64,000 nt of DNA from Epiperipatus broadwayi (lineage: Eukaryota > Animalia > Onychophora). Location of the stretch: assembly GCA_028023455.1 (NCBI GenBank), contig JAQFVV010000009.1, positions 10,602,001 through 10,666,000 on the forward strand. The letters run 5' to 3'. A program made the position numbers and the translations under genes. Shown here one piece after another: positions 26,207 through 37,479 of the stretch; within the stretch, counting starts at the first letter, position 1, and each line of letters begins with the position of its first letter. The notes beneath the pieces were generated by a model, which was not told the DNA's origin, did not search any database, and worked only from the letters and a program-made list of their open reading frames with translations.

Positions 26207-28600
26207 CAAATATGTATCTCTATCATACTGATAAATAAATATATTTATTAATCCATTTCTTTCCATGATAGATATACATACTGAAACACTAAAGATATTT
26301 ACAAAATAGAAAAAGTATAACAAAGGAAAAATTATTAGTTCATCACTATAATTATGGCGAAGCTAGCTAACTATTTACAATATTATTTACAGATGTATGT
26401 GTTAGCTCTGTAGCTCATTTCCAATGGTAGAGATTCTATTCACTTTACAGGACCTCCCTTGACTATGTACAAGTTTCCTACAATAGATAGAAAGGAACAT
26501 TCAGTCAAGAACATTAGTCACTTATACCGAAAAAATGAATATAAACATTGTTAGTTAAAAAATAAACAAACAAACTCTGTCCTATAGCAAGTGTATGGTC
26601 TTAATATGGAACAATATCAAGTAGAATCTTACCTCATTCCATATTGCCTTAAAGATGATGATCCTTGTGACAAGTCACTATGCAGGGGAAATTAAGCTAA
26701 ATTTTAGTCAATAAAAAAATGTGAACTTAATAATCTCCCCCCCACCCATACTGTCTCGATTCTATCTATAATTGACTGTTCCATGCGGTAGATATTTTGG
26801 TTTCAAGTGAAGTGAAATGAAGACAAAACTCTACAAACATATAAAAAAATAATATATAACAATTTAAAACTTTCCCTGAATTATTCAGAATAGAGTTCAT
26901 GGATTTGACAAGTACTGTTTCTCATAAGCACACTTCATCACTGTTTCAGTCATCCTTCAAGTAATGCTTTGCTCATAGGAAATCAGGCTTGCTTGTTCTG
27001 ACATTATTTCCTTCTTCATGTTGTTATTTCATTCTATATCCATTCTGAGATTTGAGACAGGTAGTTGATGTTTAAGCAGGCATTATATATAGATGAATGT
27101 TAAATCATCTCACCTCCTATGGTCAGAGCTAAAAACACTTCAGTTCCATGGCAATATTAAATTAGCCGGAATACATTATTTTGCAATTCATAAAATATTT
27201 AACTTTTCTTGATTGGCATTTAATAAGTTATATGAGAAATGAACTATTTCATTCTATATATATATGCTGATAATGTATTTTTGTTTTTTATTCATGTTTG
27301 AATAATCGCATAGTTTGTTTATTTCAAATATCTGTTTAAATCAGCTAGACTAATTTTATTCAATTGCATGAATCTTTTAAAATTCTTTTTTTTTGTTTAA
27401 TTATTGGCTATAGTTTTGGATGTTTCTGTCATGATGATTAGACTAATAATTTGGACTGTTCAGATAAGTATTCATATTCTCTGATAATTGAACATTCTAT
27501 TTTCTGATGTTGGTATTATACAGCTCTTGTATCCTTTTGAATAAAGTAAAAAAATGGCAGAAATCAAATGAGTTTGCTTTTATACTGCCCTCGATTCCCA
27601 TTGTTTAGTAAGCTTGCATTTCATTTCCTCTTTCATTGATATATGTGCTTATTGTTATGTGTATCATGTTGATGGAAAGTAAAATACAATTACATAATAG
27701 AATTCTGTTTTCATCTTTCATATCTGGTTACTTAGTGACTAGCTTGACATTAAGTCATTATGATGTCTATCAAATCTAAGTCTTGTCTAATGATGTAAGA
27801 TATTGACATTTAGTTCATTGGTTGTATAAATATATATATATATATGACTGATCTCTTGAATTAAGATTTTTATATTTCTTTCAGCTAAGGGAATTTAATT
27901 TATTGAGATGTTTTTTTTCCTAATATCGCATTTGATGAAATAAATCTTGGTTGTGCATCTATATTTGTGTGTGTGTTTACTATCTAAATGATAATACATG
28001 TTCAATTATCCATAAACTAAATTTATTTTTTAGATAAGTTTAATTTAGTGAATAATGCACTATGAACCAAGGTTGGTTCCAATCTGATTGTAAGCTATCC
28101 TTACACAATATAAGTAGGAATCATTGTATAAAGAAATAAAGAAGTGAAAAAAATATTAAAATAAATTTTTTAAATTCCATTCAGATTCAAATTTTAATAG
28201 TTATTTAGGAATTACAATTGTTGAAATGTATAATTAATTATAAGGAAAGAGTGATTAAAAAAGCTTAAACATCTGAAGTATTTATAATAAGTTATTAGTT
28301 GTTGTTTTTTTTTGATAAGAATGAAAATGGAATACATGATCACTACTATTTCTTTGTTCATGGGCCTGCATATATAAGAATATATCTTTCACTTTTAATT
28401 TTAGGATCAATTTATTACACACAGTGATTTACCAAATATAATTAAATATTTAATTGGATGAATTATAAATATGCTATTTGATATAATTCTTGAAAACTGA
28501 AAACAATTCTAAACTCACTAAATTAGAATTCTTGGTTTGGGATATGAAAGGTGTATGTATATATCAATTACATAATATTAATAGATCATTGGTCACTTAG

Positions 28601-28703
28601 GCATCATGTTTTTTTCTTGACAAAGCATCGGCCGGGAAGTGAACCCACAAACCCAGGACAACTGCTTGTAAGGCAGCTTTGCTGACCACTCGACCACCAA
28701 TGC
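28601..28703 (-). mobile_element. tRNA-Gly(TCC)-derived SINE or pseudo-tRNA
   Basis: Minus strand GCATTGGTGGTCGAGTGGTCAGCAAAGCTGCCTTACAAGCAGTTGTCCTGGGTTTGTGGGTTCACTTCCCGGCCGATGC: acceptor stem GCATTGG/CCGATGC, anticodon arm GCTGC/GCAGT; resembles metazoan tRNA-Gly-TCC but has a mutated anticodon, an insertion before the T-arm, and a family-specific tail. Confidence 0.75.
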
Positions 28704-29916
28704 TTGACTGTTTTTTTTACATGATTTTGTGCACAGTAAATTGATAAAAACAAATTTTATAACTATATTTTCATATTGCATATACTATTGAAGCTTAATG
28801 AAATTAGATATAATAAATTTTGACATTTCAAAATTCTTTATGGTCATAATATCTTTTTCACTACTTTTTATAATTAAAGCCTAACAAAAAAGCTAGTTTG
28901 TTGATTTAAATTTTTTATTAAAGGCAGATCAGCTTGTGTGATGTTTAATAATAATATCTTTACCATACTGCTGTTGTAGAGTGCTTCACAATAGTATTTT
29001 GACACACTTATTTTTTTAATACAAAATATTCACATTTTCAAGGTAATGTTGATTATTTAAATTTTTTAAAATATATTTACTCTATTCTTGCTCACATCAT
29101 GCTTTAAAATAATTTTTTTTTTCTCTAAATGATATGAAAGAAATGTTATAATAATAATTATAGATATCTTAGTCAAGTAAATATGAAATACTATGTTTTC
29201 CATATTATTTTAAAATAAACTTTATTGAGAGTCACATGGATCTTGTAATCTTATTTTTAGGAAAGACTTCTTTCATTATATCTCAATATTTTTAAAAAGT
29301 TCAATCTTTATGCATATGAATTTAATGTATTTATTTGTAGTTTGATTGATTTATAGCCTTCATCAGAGCTAATTATTTAATTTAAAGCATTAAGAAAAAC
29401 CTGTGATGAATAAAGACTGTAGATCAGTTAAAACTGTAAATAAACAAGAATTATTCAAAGAATTAAAAAGTTTTACAAAATAAACCATCATATTTAAAAT
29501 CTCCATTAAATATTAAGTTTTTTTTCCTTTTTTTATTATTTTCGAACTTGATTTGGTCTTATGCAATCCACATTGAAAAAGGGAAGTCTATATATAATTC
29601 ATTTCTTTAGCTTTTAATTAATATATGTAGTACTATTACTTGTGAGATGATTGTAATGTATATCTCTTGCCAAGTATAGAATTGGTGATTTCAACTTTTT
29701 ATACAAAATCATTATCCAAGATAATATTTCTCATGATCTTCTCACATAACTATAACTTAACTTTTAACAATATGAAACTTCTGCACACTATATTATTATT
29801 ATTGTTTATATAAACTTCTTGATTTAATAGACTGAATTTCTGCCTTTTCTTCATGTCTAATATATACAATTTTTTTCTTCCTCCTCCTTTCTTTATGTAT
29901 TGATTTCTATATTTAC

Positions 29917-30139
29917 ATATGATACCATTTTCAACTTTCTTATATACTTAACAATACTATTTTTTACACCAAAATTTTATTCTTACAGTTTCACTGTCCT
30001 GCAGTCATCATCAAAGGTCTTTATAGGATTATAAAGATATCTGATGATGACTTTAGGACAATCGAAACTGTAAAAATAAAGTTTTGGTGTAAAAAATAGT
30101 ATTGTTAAATGTATAAGAAAGTTAGAAATAGTATCATAT
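29917..30139. mobile_element. Head-to-head PLE-type palindrome with an HHR motif in each arm
   Basis: About 110-bp arms around a GGAT loop (30026-30029); right arm CTGATGATGACTTTAGGACAATCGAAACTGTA (30041-30072), left arm reverse complement TTGATGATGACTGCAGGACAGTGAAACTGTA; consensus stem II GACUG/CAGUC. Confidence 0.85.
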
Positions 30140-31240
30140 CTAATATATATATATATAATACTGCTTTTATTGGTGAACATCTCTTTGATCTTGATCTCAA
30201 ATAATTTTCTAGTCTTTTTTTTTTTTTTAAAAAATTCTGTTAATAAGTAATTTGTTTTCTTTTTTACTTTTTGTTTTATATTGACTAGTTATTTAACTTT
30301 ATATGCAACCTGTAATTGCACATTGGCTATAGTTATGTATAACAATAAAGATCAATTAAATTATTATTTATTTATTTATAAAAATAAAGATCATTTGCAT
30401 TAAATTTATAAAAAAATAAATATTAAAGATATTGTTTTTTTTTTCAGTTTAATTATTTGTCTTAGACTGTACCCCAAAGATAATTATCAGAGAACGGAAA
30501 GAGTAAGACATAATATTAATAATAATGATAAATAAGTAAAAGCATAAAAAGGAGAATTGATACATTTAGAAATTTATAGAACAGAAAATGTCAAGTTAAA
30601 TCTCACATTAAATTCAAAATATTCATTTCTCCTTCATTCAGTAAACCCCTCTTTTTACCTTTTCAATCATATTAGTTCTTCTGAAAGTTAAATTTCACTA
30701 AGAGCTTATTTTAATCTTTATCTTTTGATAGGATGTAGTTACAAGTTCTTATTATCAGGTTTTGAAAATTACATCAAGCAAAATTTGCAAATGCCATGTA
30801 TTTTTAAGAACAATAAAATATTTATCTTTATAATGACTACCTTTTAAATGTTGATGTTTTCCTCTTCCATTGATATTTTGGGGACCACGAAATTCTCTAA
30901 ATAAGATTGCCCAAGTATTTTTGAATTAAATTTTTATCTGAAATTATATATTTCTTCATACAGATTTACATCTATGGAGTCACAATCTGTTAATCCAGGC
31001 TATACACTGTTTTTTCAATGTTGAAATCTTTGCATATATCATTCTTATACTCATATATAAAACAAAAGAAAGAAAAGATTGGAATCAAAATAACATTGCA
31101 TATAATAAAACTATTAAACATGGATATACATCACATTAACCCATGATCATAATTAGTTAAAAAAGATTGTTGATCATGATCAGGACTTTACCAATTTAAG
31201 TACCAAAAAAGAAAGCGTGTATTGTAATCAACATTTAATT

Positions 31241-31500
31241 AAACCACTAAACATCACATGATCACTATCTCATACTAGCACATAATTGTTATTAAACAAT
31301 TCAAAACAAAGCAAAACTCTCCATACAGTAGTGCCAACTTGTGCCAACAAGAGCAATCAATGGAAGCCAGAGCAATCAATGGATGCCAGAAGGCAAGCTG
31401 GATGCCAGAAGGCTTGCTTTCTGGCATCCATTGATTGCTCTTGTTGGCACAAGTTGGCACTACTGTATGGAGAGTTTTGCTTTGTTTTGAATTGTTTAAT
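31241..31500. mobile_element. Family F1 fold-back insertion, truncated before the HHR
   Basis: Inverted arms; internal reiterations GAGCAATCAATGGA(A/T)GCCA and GGATGCCAGAAGGC at 31351-31418; TSD AACATTTA(A/G)TT at 31230-31240 / 31501-31511. Confidence 0.9.
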
Positions 31501-32699
31501 AACATTTAGTTTATAACGAACCAATATCGAGTGAAGAATAGCAAGGGTTTTGTTTCTATTAGAAATAAGACATTTTTTAATCAGCAATATTATATCCTAT
31601 AAAGCACAAGGAGTTAATACCGATCGGATTCTTGTTATTAGTTGTTCACATTTAGTCTTTGCTTTTTAAAGTCATTCATTGACTTTCAAATATGAATTCC
31701 TATAATAGCTAAGTTCGTCATCATTATAAATATATAGGAATTCCGTAAGGTCACATATATATATATATATGTGAGTTTTTAATTTTACATTCAATTCGTT
31801 ATTTGAAATAAATAACATTTTTTTATAATGGGGATTTTGTTTGTTTTTTTGTTTAAACTATAGCTCTTTAAAAACATATATACTTTAATTATTTTTTAGA
31901 TATATTATACTATTTTTTTAAAAAAGATTGTACTGGGGGGGGGGGGTGAACGTGTAGAAATTTTTATTTGATTTTAGTATTCAGCAAAGCTTCATGTTGT
32001 CTAGCCTTATTTACTTTTGAGAAGCTCCCTGCTATCTCTCGAGATTTCTTTGCAAATAATTAAACAGGAGCTCAGAATTGGTTTGTTGCTAATTGCTTCA
32101 CTTAGCTTACAATCTTCCTGCATGGAGCGAATTATTTTATTTGTTTGTTTTCACCTTTAAAAATGTTGTTATATGCAAATATTAGGCCTAAAATAGAAAT
32201 AAGATGATTCATAATTGATTAGAAGGTGATGGAATAATAGAAGATAGTGTGTATGTATGCATGCATGTATACAGTATATGCAAATATTTTTACTATGTGT
32301 TTGATTTAGCTTACAAAAATTGTTAAGCTTAGAATAATTTGAAAAGTAAATTGAGCACATCTGTATTGCTTTGATTTTTAAAAAAAAAAAAAGCATAAAC
32401 ATTAATGTGTTGTATATCTCTAAATTCATATTTGATTATTCTGACTATTTTTATTTTGAAAATCTGTTCTGAATCATTGAATCATGTAAAAGAGCAATTA
32501 AATACTTAATAAGAAAATATCATAGATAATATTTAATTAATTTAAATATGACCTTATAATACAAATTATTGTTATTACCAATATATAATATTATATATTT
32601 ACGTGTATTGGACACATACTATCTGAGTTAGACATGTATTTATTTTATTTTCACGGCATAAATTTTAATTAACTTAATATGATTATTATGTCATGCACA

Positions 32700-34383
32700 G
32701 GCTTGAAAAGAGGTCCTTTGATTACTCTTTGAAACTTTAAAGAAACTAAGTAGAACAAATTCCTAATGTCCATTCCATATGTTTCTGTCATAGCAGCTAT
32801 AATTACTATGTGGTTATTCATATGATATATATCCCAAGCTGCTCAACAATGTCATTGTTGTTGTTTTATTTTTATTTTTTAAGTTTAAGAACATGAAACA
32901 CTAAACATCACATGATCACCAGTTTTTATGCTTGTTCATAACTGTTATTAAAACAGGCAAAACTCTCCATGCAGTAGTGCCACTCAGTCCAAGCTAGAAT
33001 AATCAATGGATTTCAGAAGGTGCATAAAATCCCCACCTAGTACCTACTCATCGAATATCCTCAGACTAGTTTCTCACTGATGAAGGCCACAAGCTAGAAA
33101 TTAGTCTGGGGATATTGAATGAGTAGACACTAGATAGGGATTTTATGCACAAGCCTTCTGGCATCCATTGATTACTCTGGATGAGTGGCACTACTGTATG
33201 GAGAGTTTTTCCTATTTTAATAACATGAAACACTCTGGGTTTTTTTCTTAATTAATAGTTCTTAACTGAAAGTTTTCTCAAAGAAAGAATGGATTTGTGT
33301 ATTAATGATTTTCCTTTTTTAAAAAAATTATATATTTACAATCATGACAGACAAAATTAAATCTGTGACCATTATTCCCAGAAGCTTGCAAATTCAAAAG
33401 CCAAGCAGCTGTTAATGGCCTAAAGTGGAGAATATTAAAAATCCTTAGATGAACTTTCATATAGTTAATTACAACTGCAGAGCATTTTCAATTGAAAGAA
33501 GATTACAGGAATTGGAAAAAGAACTGTTTAATATTAAATGAAATTCTGTTAGATAAGTTAAAAGAAAAAGTGAAGAAACAATTTATTTGGAAAGTGGGCA
33601 CATTGTTTATTATAAAAGCACAAATATAGGATGCACAAGCAGAGTAGAATTCATTAAAATGAAAAATAGAAGAATAACATGACAAAGATTAATGGTATTT
33701 AAGATAAAATGGCAAGATTAGTTATTCAACTTAATGAGAGATACCAAATACAGATAATTTAGAATTCTGCCCCAACAAGTTCTCATTGTGCTGAAGAAAT
33801 AAATGTAGGACTTTTATGTAAATGTACAAAAAGCTTATGATTGCATCAAACAACATTTTAAAATTACCCTGAGAGTCTTTAATGCTAGAATTGGAAAGTG
33901 ATTGAAAGATGAAAGTGTTGTAGGTTATATTTTGATTATGATAATAGAAATTAAAAAGGATATATACTTGCTGACTTCATAAAAAGACTATATATTATGA
34001 GTGGTTTCTTAGAGAAAAATGTTAAAGAGAAATAAATATGTAAGCATTTAAATGAAAACATAATAGAATTGAATTATATTTTGATTAGCAGAATATAAAC
34101 ATTTCAAAATTGTAATGTTTTTGATAAGATTCGATGCAGAAAGTGATTATCCGATTAGTGAGATTTAAGATATGCGTTAATGTAAAAATAGAAAGATAAA
34201 AATTATTGAAAGGAACATTATTGATAATTGATATTCATAGACTTTAGAAGCCTCTAATAAATTTAAATTAGAACTTATTTGACAGACTTTGAAAATGATT
34301 CAAACTTAACTTAGACAGATAAGAAAGATAATGAATACTCTATTAAGAATAGCAACAAAATTAGCTAGTATAAAAAAAAAAAA
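32700..34383 (+). mobile_element. Decayed RTE copy (5' UTR plus APE region), interrupted by an F1 insertion and ending in A12
   Basis: 32700-32860 matches the 5' UTR of the intact RTE; 33335-34370 matches its N-terminal/APE coding region; ends AGCTAGTAT followed by A12 (34372-34383) at an internally A-rich position. Confidence 0.85.
32902..33221 (+). mobile_element. Family F1 fold-back insertion with HHR, nested in the RTE 5' UTR
   Basis: 12-bp TSD AACATGAAACAC (32890-32901 / 33222-33233); inverted arms; HHR CTCA-CTGATGA-AGGCCACAAGCTA-GAAAT-TA-GTC-TGGG at 33073-33110. Confidence 0.9.
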
Positions 34384-34839
34384 TTACCTATAAATTTTTA
34401 ACCGAGTCAAGAAAATATATAAAGATCTTTTTTTTTTAAAAAAAAAAAAAATTAAAAATAATCCATTAAATAGAATTGAACATCTGAAGTTCAAATGCAC
34501 ACTACTTTCAAATATCTTTAACTAAGATTTCAATTTCTTTAAAAGCAATATTTCAGTTAAAAGCAATATGTAGTACCCAATAAGAAATAGCTTTCTAAAA
34601 ATTAGGATAAATTTCAATATTGTATGTATGGTAATTATGTGAACTTAGCACTAAGAGCAACTAAATTTGAAGTTATCTTAATCCCAAATAAAGAGGCAAC
34701 TACTTTAAAATAACTAAGTAAAAGTAATTAAAAAAAAAGATTCCTTCAATTGATGAATATCACTATATATAAAACAAACTAACAAAACGTAGGGAATAAA
34801 CAATGAAAAAGTAATTTATATATATATAGTTTTTAACCC

Positions 34840-34920
34840 AGAGACACTGAATGTCAAATGTGCTGTGGTGAAAGTGAAACACTGCAGCACTTCCTACATG
34901 GGTGCAAAACACTATAACAG
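34840..34920 (+). pseudogene. LINE C-terminal Cys/His motif fragment
   Basis: Translates RDTECQMCCGESETLQHFLHGCKTL, a CX2C..ET..H...C pattern. Confidence 0.45.
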
Positions 34921-34929
34921 TATAGATTG

Positions 34930-35220
34930 TTAATCAACTGCTGGATGATATCATACAAGGTCAGAATTTTCAATATTCAAGACTGTATTCAGGCTGGTGT
35001 TTTCTCAGCAATAAGATTCTCTATCATGCTGAATGATTCACTGTGAATCCTTAGGTGCAACATCACATTTGATAGAAATTTAGGGAATCTACTTAGTGAT
35101 TTGTTGGATATTATTAAAACGTTAAAAGCAAGGGACTGCAAAGTTTCTTTTACTAAAATCCATGACAATACATGAAAGCTATTAAACATTCCTGTAACAT
35201 AACCATCCACAGCAAATTTG
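34930..35220 (-). pseudogene. Decayed CR1/L2-like RT fragment
   Basis: Frame-broken motifs CIVMDFSK..VP and GIHSESFSMIENL resemble LDFSKAFD.VP and GI.G..L.WI..FL. Confidence 0.4.
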
Positions 35221-35747
35221 TAAAATCATCATTATATAACAATTATGTTTTTTTTTTTATTAATTTGTTTGTCAAATATTCTTAACACCAATTATATTGG
35301 TCATATCATGTCACCTAGGTTGTAAATTATAATGTACCTATTTTTTTTATTGGATGAATAAAGATCATCATTGAATAAAAAAAAAACTTAGTTATTTTTA
35401 AAAAACAAAAAACATACTATCTGATTTTTAAAATATTAATTTAAGAGAAGTTCAAAATAAACTACATATATGTTAATGTAAGGGGGAAAATGAGAATGCT
35501 ATTATTATAACTAGTCAAATTTGAAGAAAATATACTTGTTTCCAATAGTCGGAAACAAATTTTTGTTCTTGTAAACAGTTATTTTTTCGAAAACCCATTT
35601 AATGGTATAATTAAATCCAGTAACCAGATGTTAATTTGAAAAATAATTGACGGTGGTAATCATTAAATTAAAGTAAAATAAAATTTGAAAACAAAGAAAA
35701 AAAACAATAAAAAACTGGAAAGGAGGATAATGGAAAGATATGATCTC

Positions 35748-36263
35748 TAAACATCACATGATCACTATCTCATACTAGCACAATAATTGTTATTAAACAT
35801 AACAATTATTGTGCTAGTATGAGATAGTGATCATGTGATGTTTAGTGGTTTAACACCAATCCTGCCTAATAGGATAGTGGTGGCTATGGTTGTTAAAGAG
35901 CCAAAGACACCAAAATGTATGGGTACTGAATTGAGTTCAGACCCATATGACTATATAAGCTATTGAGCTTGGGTTGAAAATATTAATAGTGTTTTCAATT
36001 TCATTCTCATAGTTTTGTAGTTAAATAGAGTTAAAAGGTGGCTGCTGGAGGGTTGCATTAGATCCTAAGATCTAGGTGCAGTGCTCTCAGACCCAAGGCT
36101 CCTCACTGATGAAGGCCACAAGCCAGAAACTAGTCTGGGAATATTGGATGAGTAGGCACTAGATAGGGATTTTATGCACAAGCCTTCTGGCATCCATTGA
36201 TTGCTCTTGTTAACACAAGATGGCACTACTATATGGAGAGTTTTGCTGTATTTTGAATTATTT
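35748..36263 (+). mobile_element. Family F1: inverted tail plus one complete ~465-nt non-coding HHR monomer (retrozyme-like)
   Basis: Perfect 13-bp TSD AAGATATGATCTC (35735-35747 / 36264-36276); perfect 46-bp hairpin 35748-35793 / 35799-35844; forward unit 35799-36263 with internal hairpins and an HHR; no ORF. Confidence 0.9.
36102..36139 (+). ncRNA. Type I minimal hammerhead ribozyme
   Basis: CUCA-CUGAUGA-A-GGC/CACAA/GCC-A-GAAAC-UA-GUC^UGGG; stem I CUCA/UGGG; predicted cleavage after 36135. Confidence 0.75.
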
Positions 36264-37362
36264 AAGATATGATCTCATTGTGCGTTTCGTTAGTATATAT
36301 ATATACAAGAGAAGAAAATTATAATATAGAAGACACGGGCTGAGAATCAAAGTGCATCCAAAGAAAATCATTCAGATAAAAAATAAGATTTCAAATTATA
36401 GCAATGGTCTGACATTCCAATAATTCAGTGATAATTATTTGTCTGATGAAGAATACTGCGATTAAAAGTACTGTTTAATGCTGATATAAATACACCCACA
36501 ATGACAATTTTTTATTGGACTGAAATTATCTAAGTCATGTGTTAAAAAAATACCAGAAAGTGCTATAGCTACAGCTGAGTCATATAGCTTTCCGATCAAG
36601 ACCAGTGCTTGTGGAAAATGTAGCTTTTATGTGTCCAAAATGGAAGTTTTTTGTCATTTACCACCGTTATCAAGTGTACCAATGCAATAGAAGATTACTG
36701 ATATTAAGAAGATAAAATTTAACTGGGAATTCAGAAGTAATTGATATAAGAATTTCGTTTTAATTAAAGATTGCACTAGATCAAAGACAATTTTATTATA
36801 TGACAAATGTAAATTTACAGTCTATAAATTATTGTCTATAAATGATAAATTATAGTCTATAAATATACCTATAATTAATAGTCAGCTTAATAAATTATAA
36901 AAAAAACTGCAATATGACCTTTTTAATTCTCTCTCTATATATAAGATGTCTTAATAATTAAAAAGAATTTAATTTTAATAAAACTTTTTTTAATGTAAGT
37001 TTTATATATATATAAAATTACTCATATTGTGAGAATTGTTATCCGTATTTTAATTATTATTCTTTGTTTTATTATAATTATTATTTTATTTATGAAATAA
37101 TTACTACCTCTATGACAATTATCTCTCAAAAACATACTAAGTACTACAATTTTTTATTATTAAAAAGTTTTGCTTAGTACAGTTTTTGTATATATATATT
37201 ACATTCGCAGAGATAAAGCGTTCATAAATTTTACTCAGTAAAGATTTGTATATTTGTCAAAAATGAAGGGGCTGTGAATAAACAGGAGATTAACACCTGT
37301 TACAATTATGCTTTAATTTTTAAAATAATTAGCTCGTGTGTTCTTTCCAATATATATATATA

Positions 37363-37479
37363 CATTCAAGAGTTTTTTTTTTCCATGTGTCATAGCACCA
37401 GCCGGGACGCGCACCCACAACCATCTGCAACCAACTTCTTGCTTGCAAGCTGGCCGCGATGACCTGGCATTCAAGAGTT
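37363..37479 (-). mobile_element. 5'-truncated tRNA-derived SINE with poly(A) and TSD
   Basis: Perfect 12-bp TSD CATTCAAGAGTT (37363-37374 / 37468-37479); body homologous to the 6320 copy; A10 tail. Confidence 0.85.

Noticed and set aside
31275-31587. Near-identical ORFs on both strands
   Set aside because: Artefact of the F1 palindrome; no coding signature.
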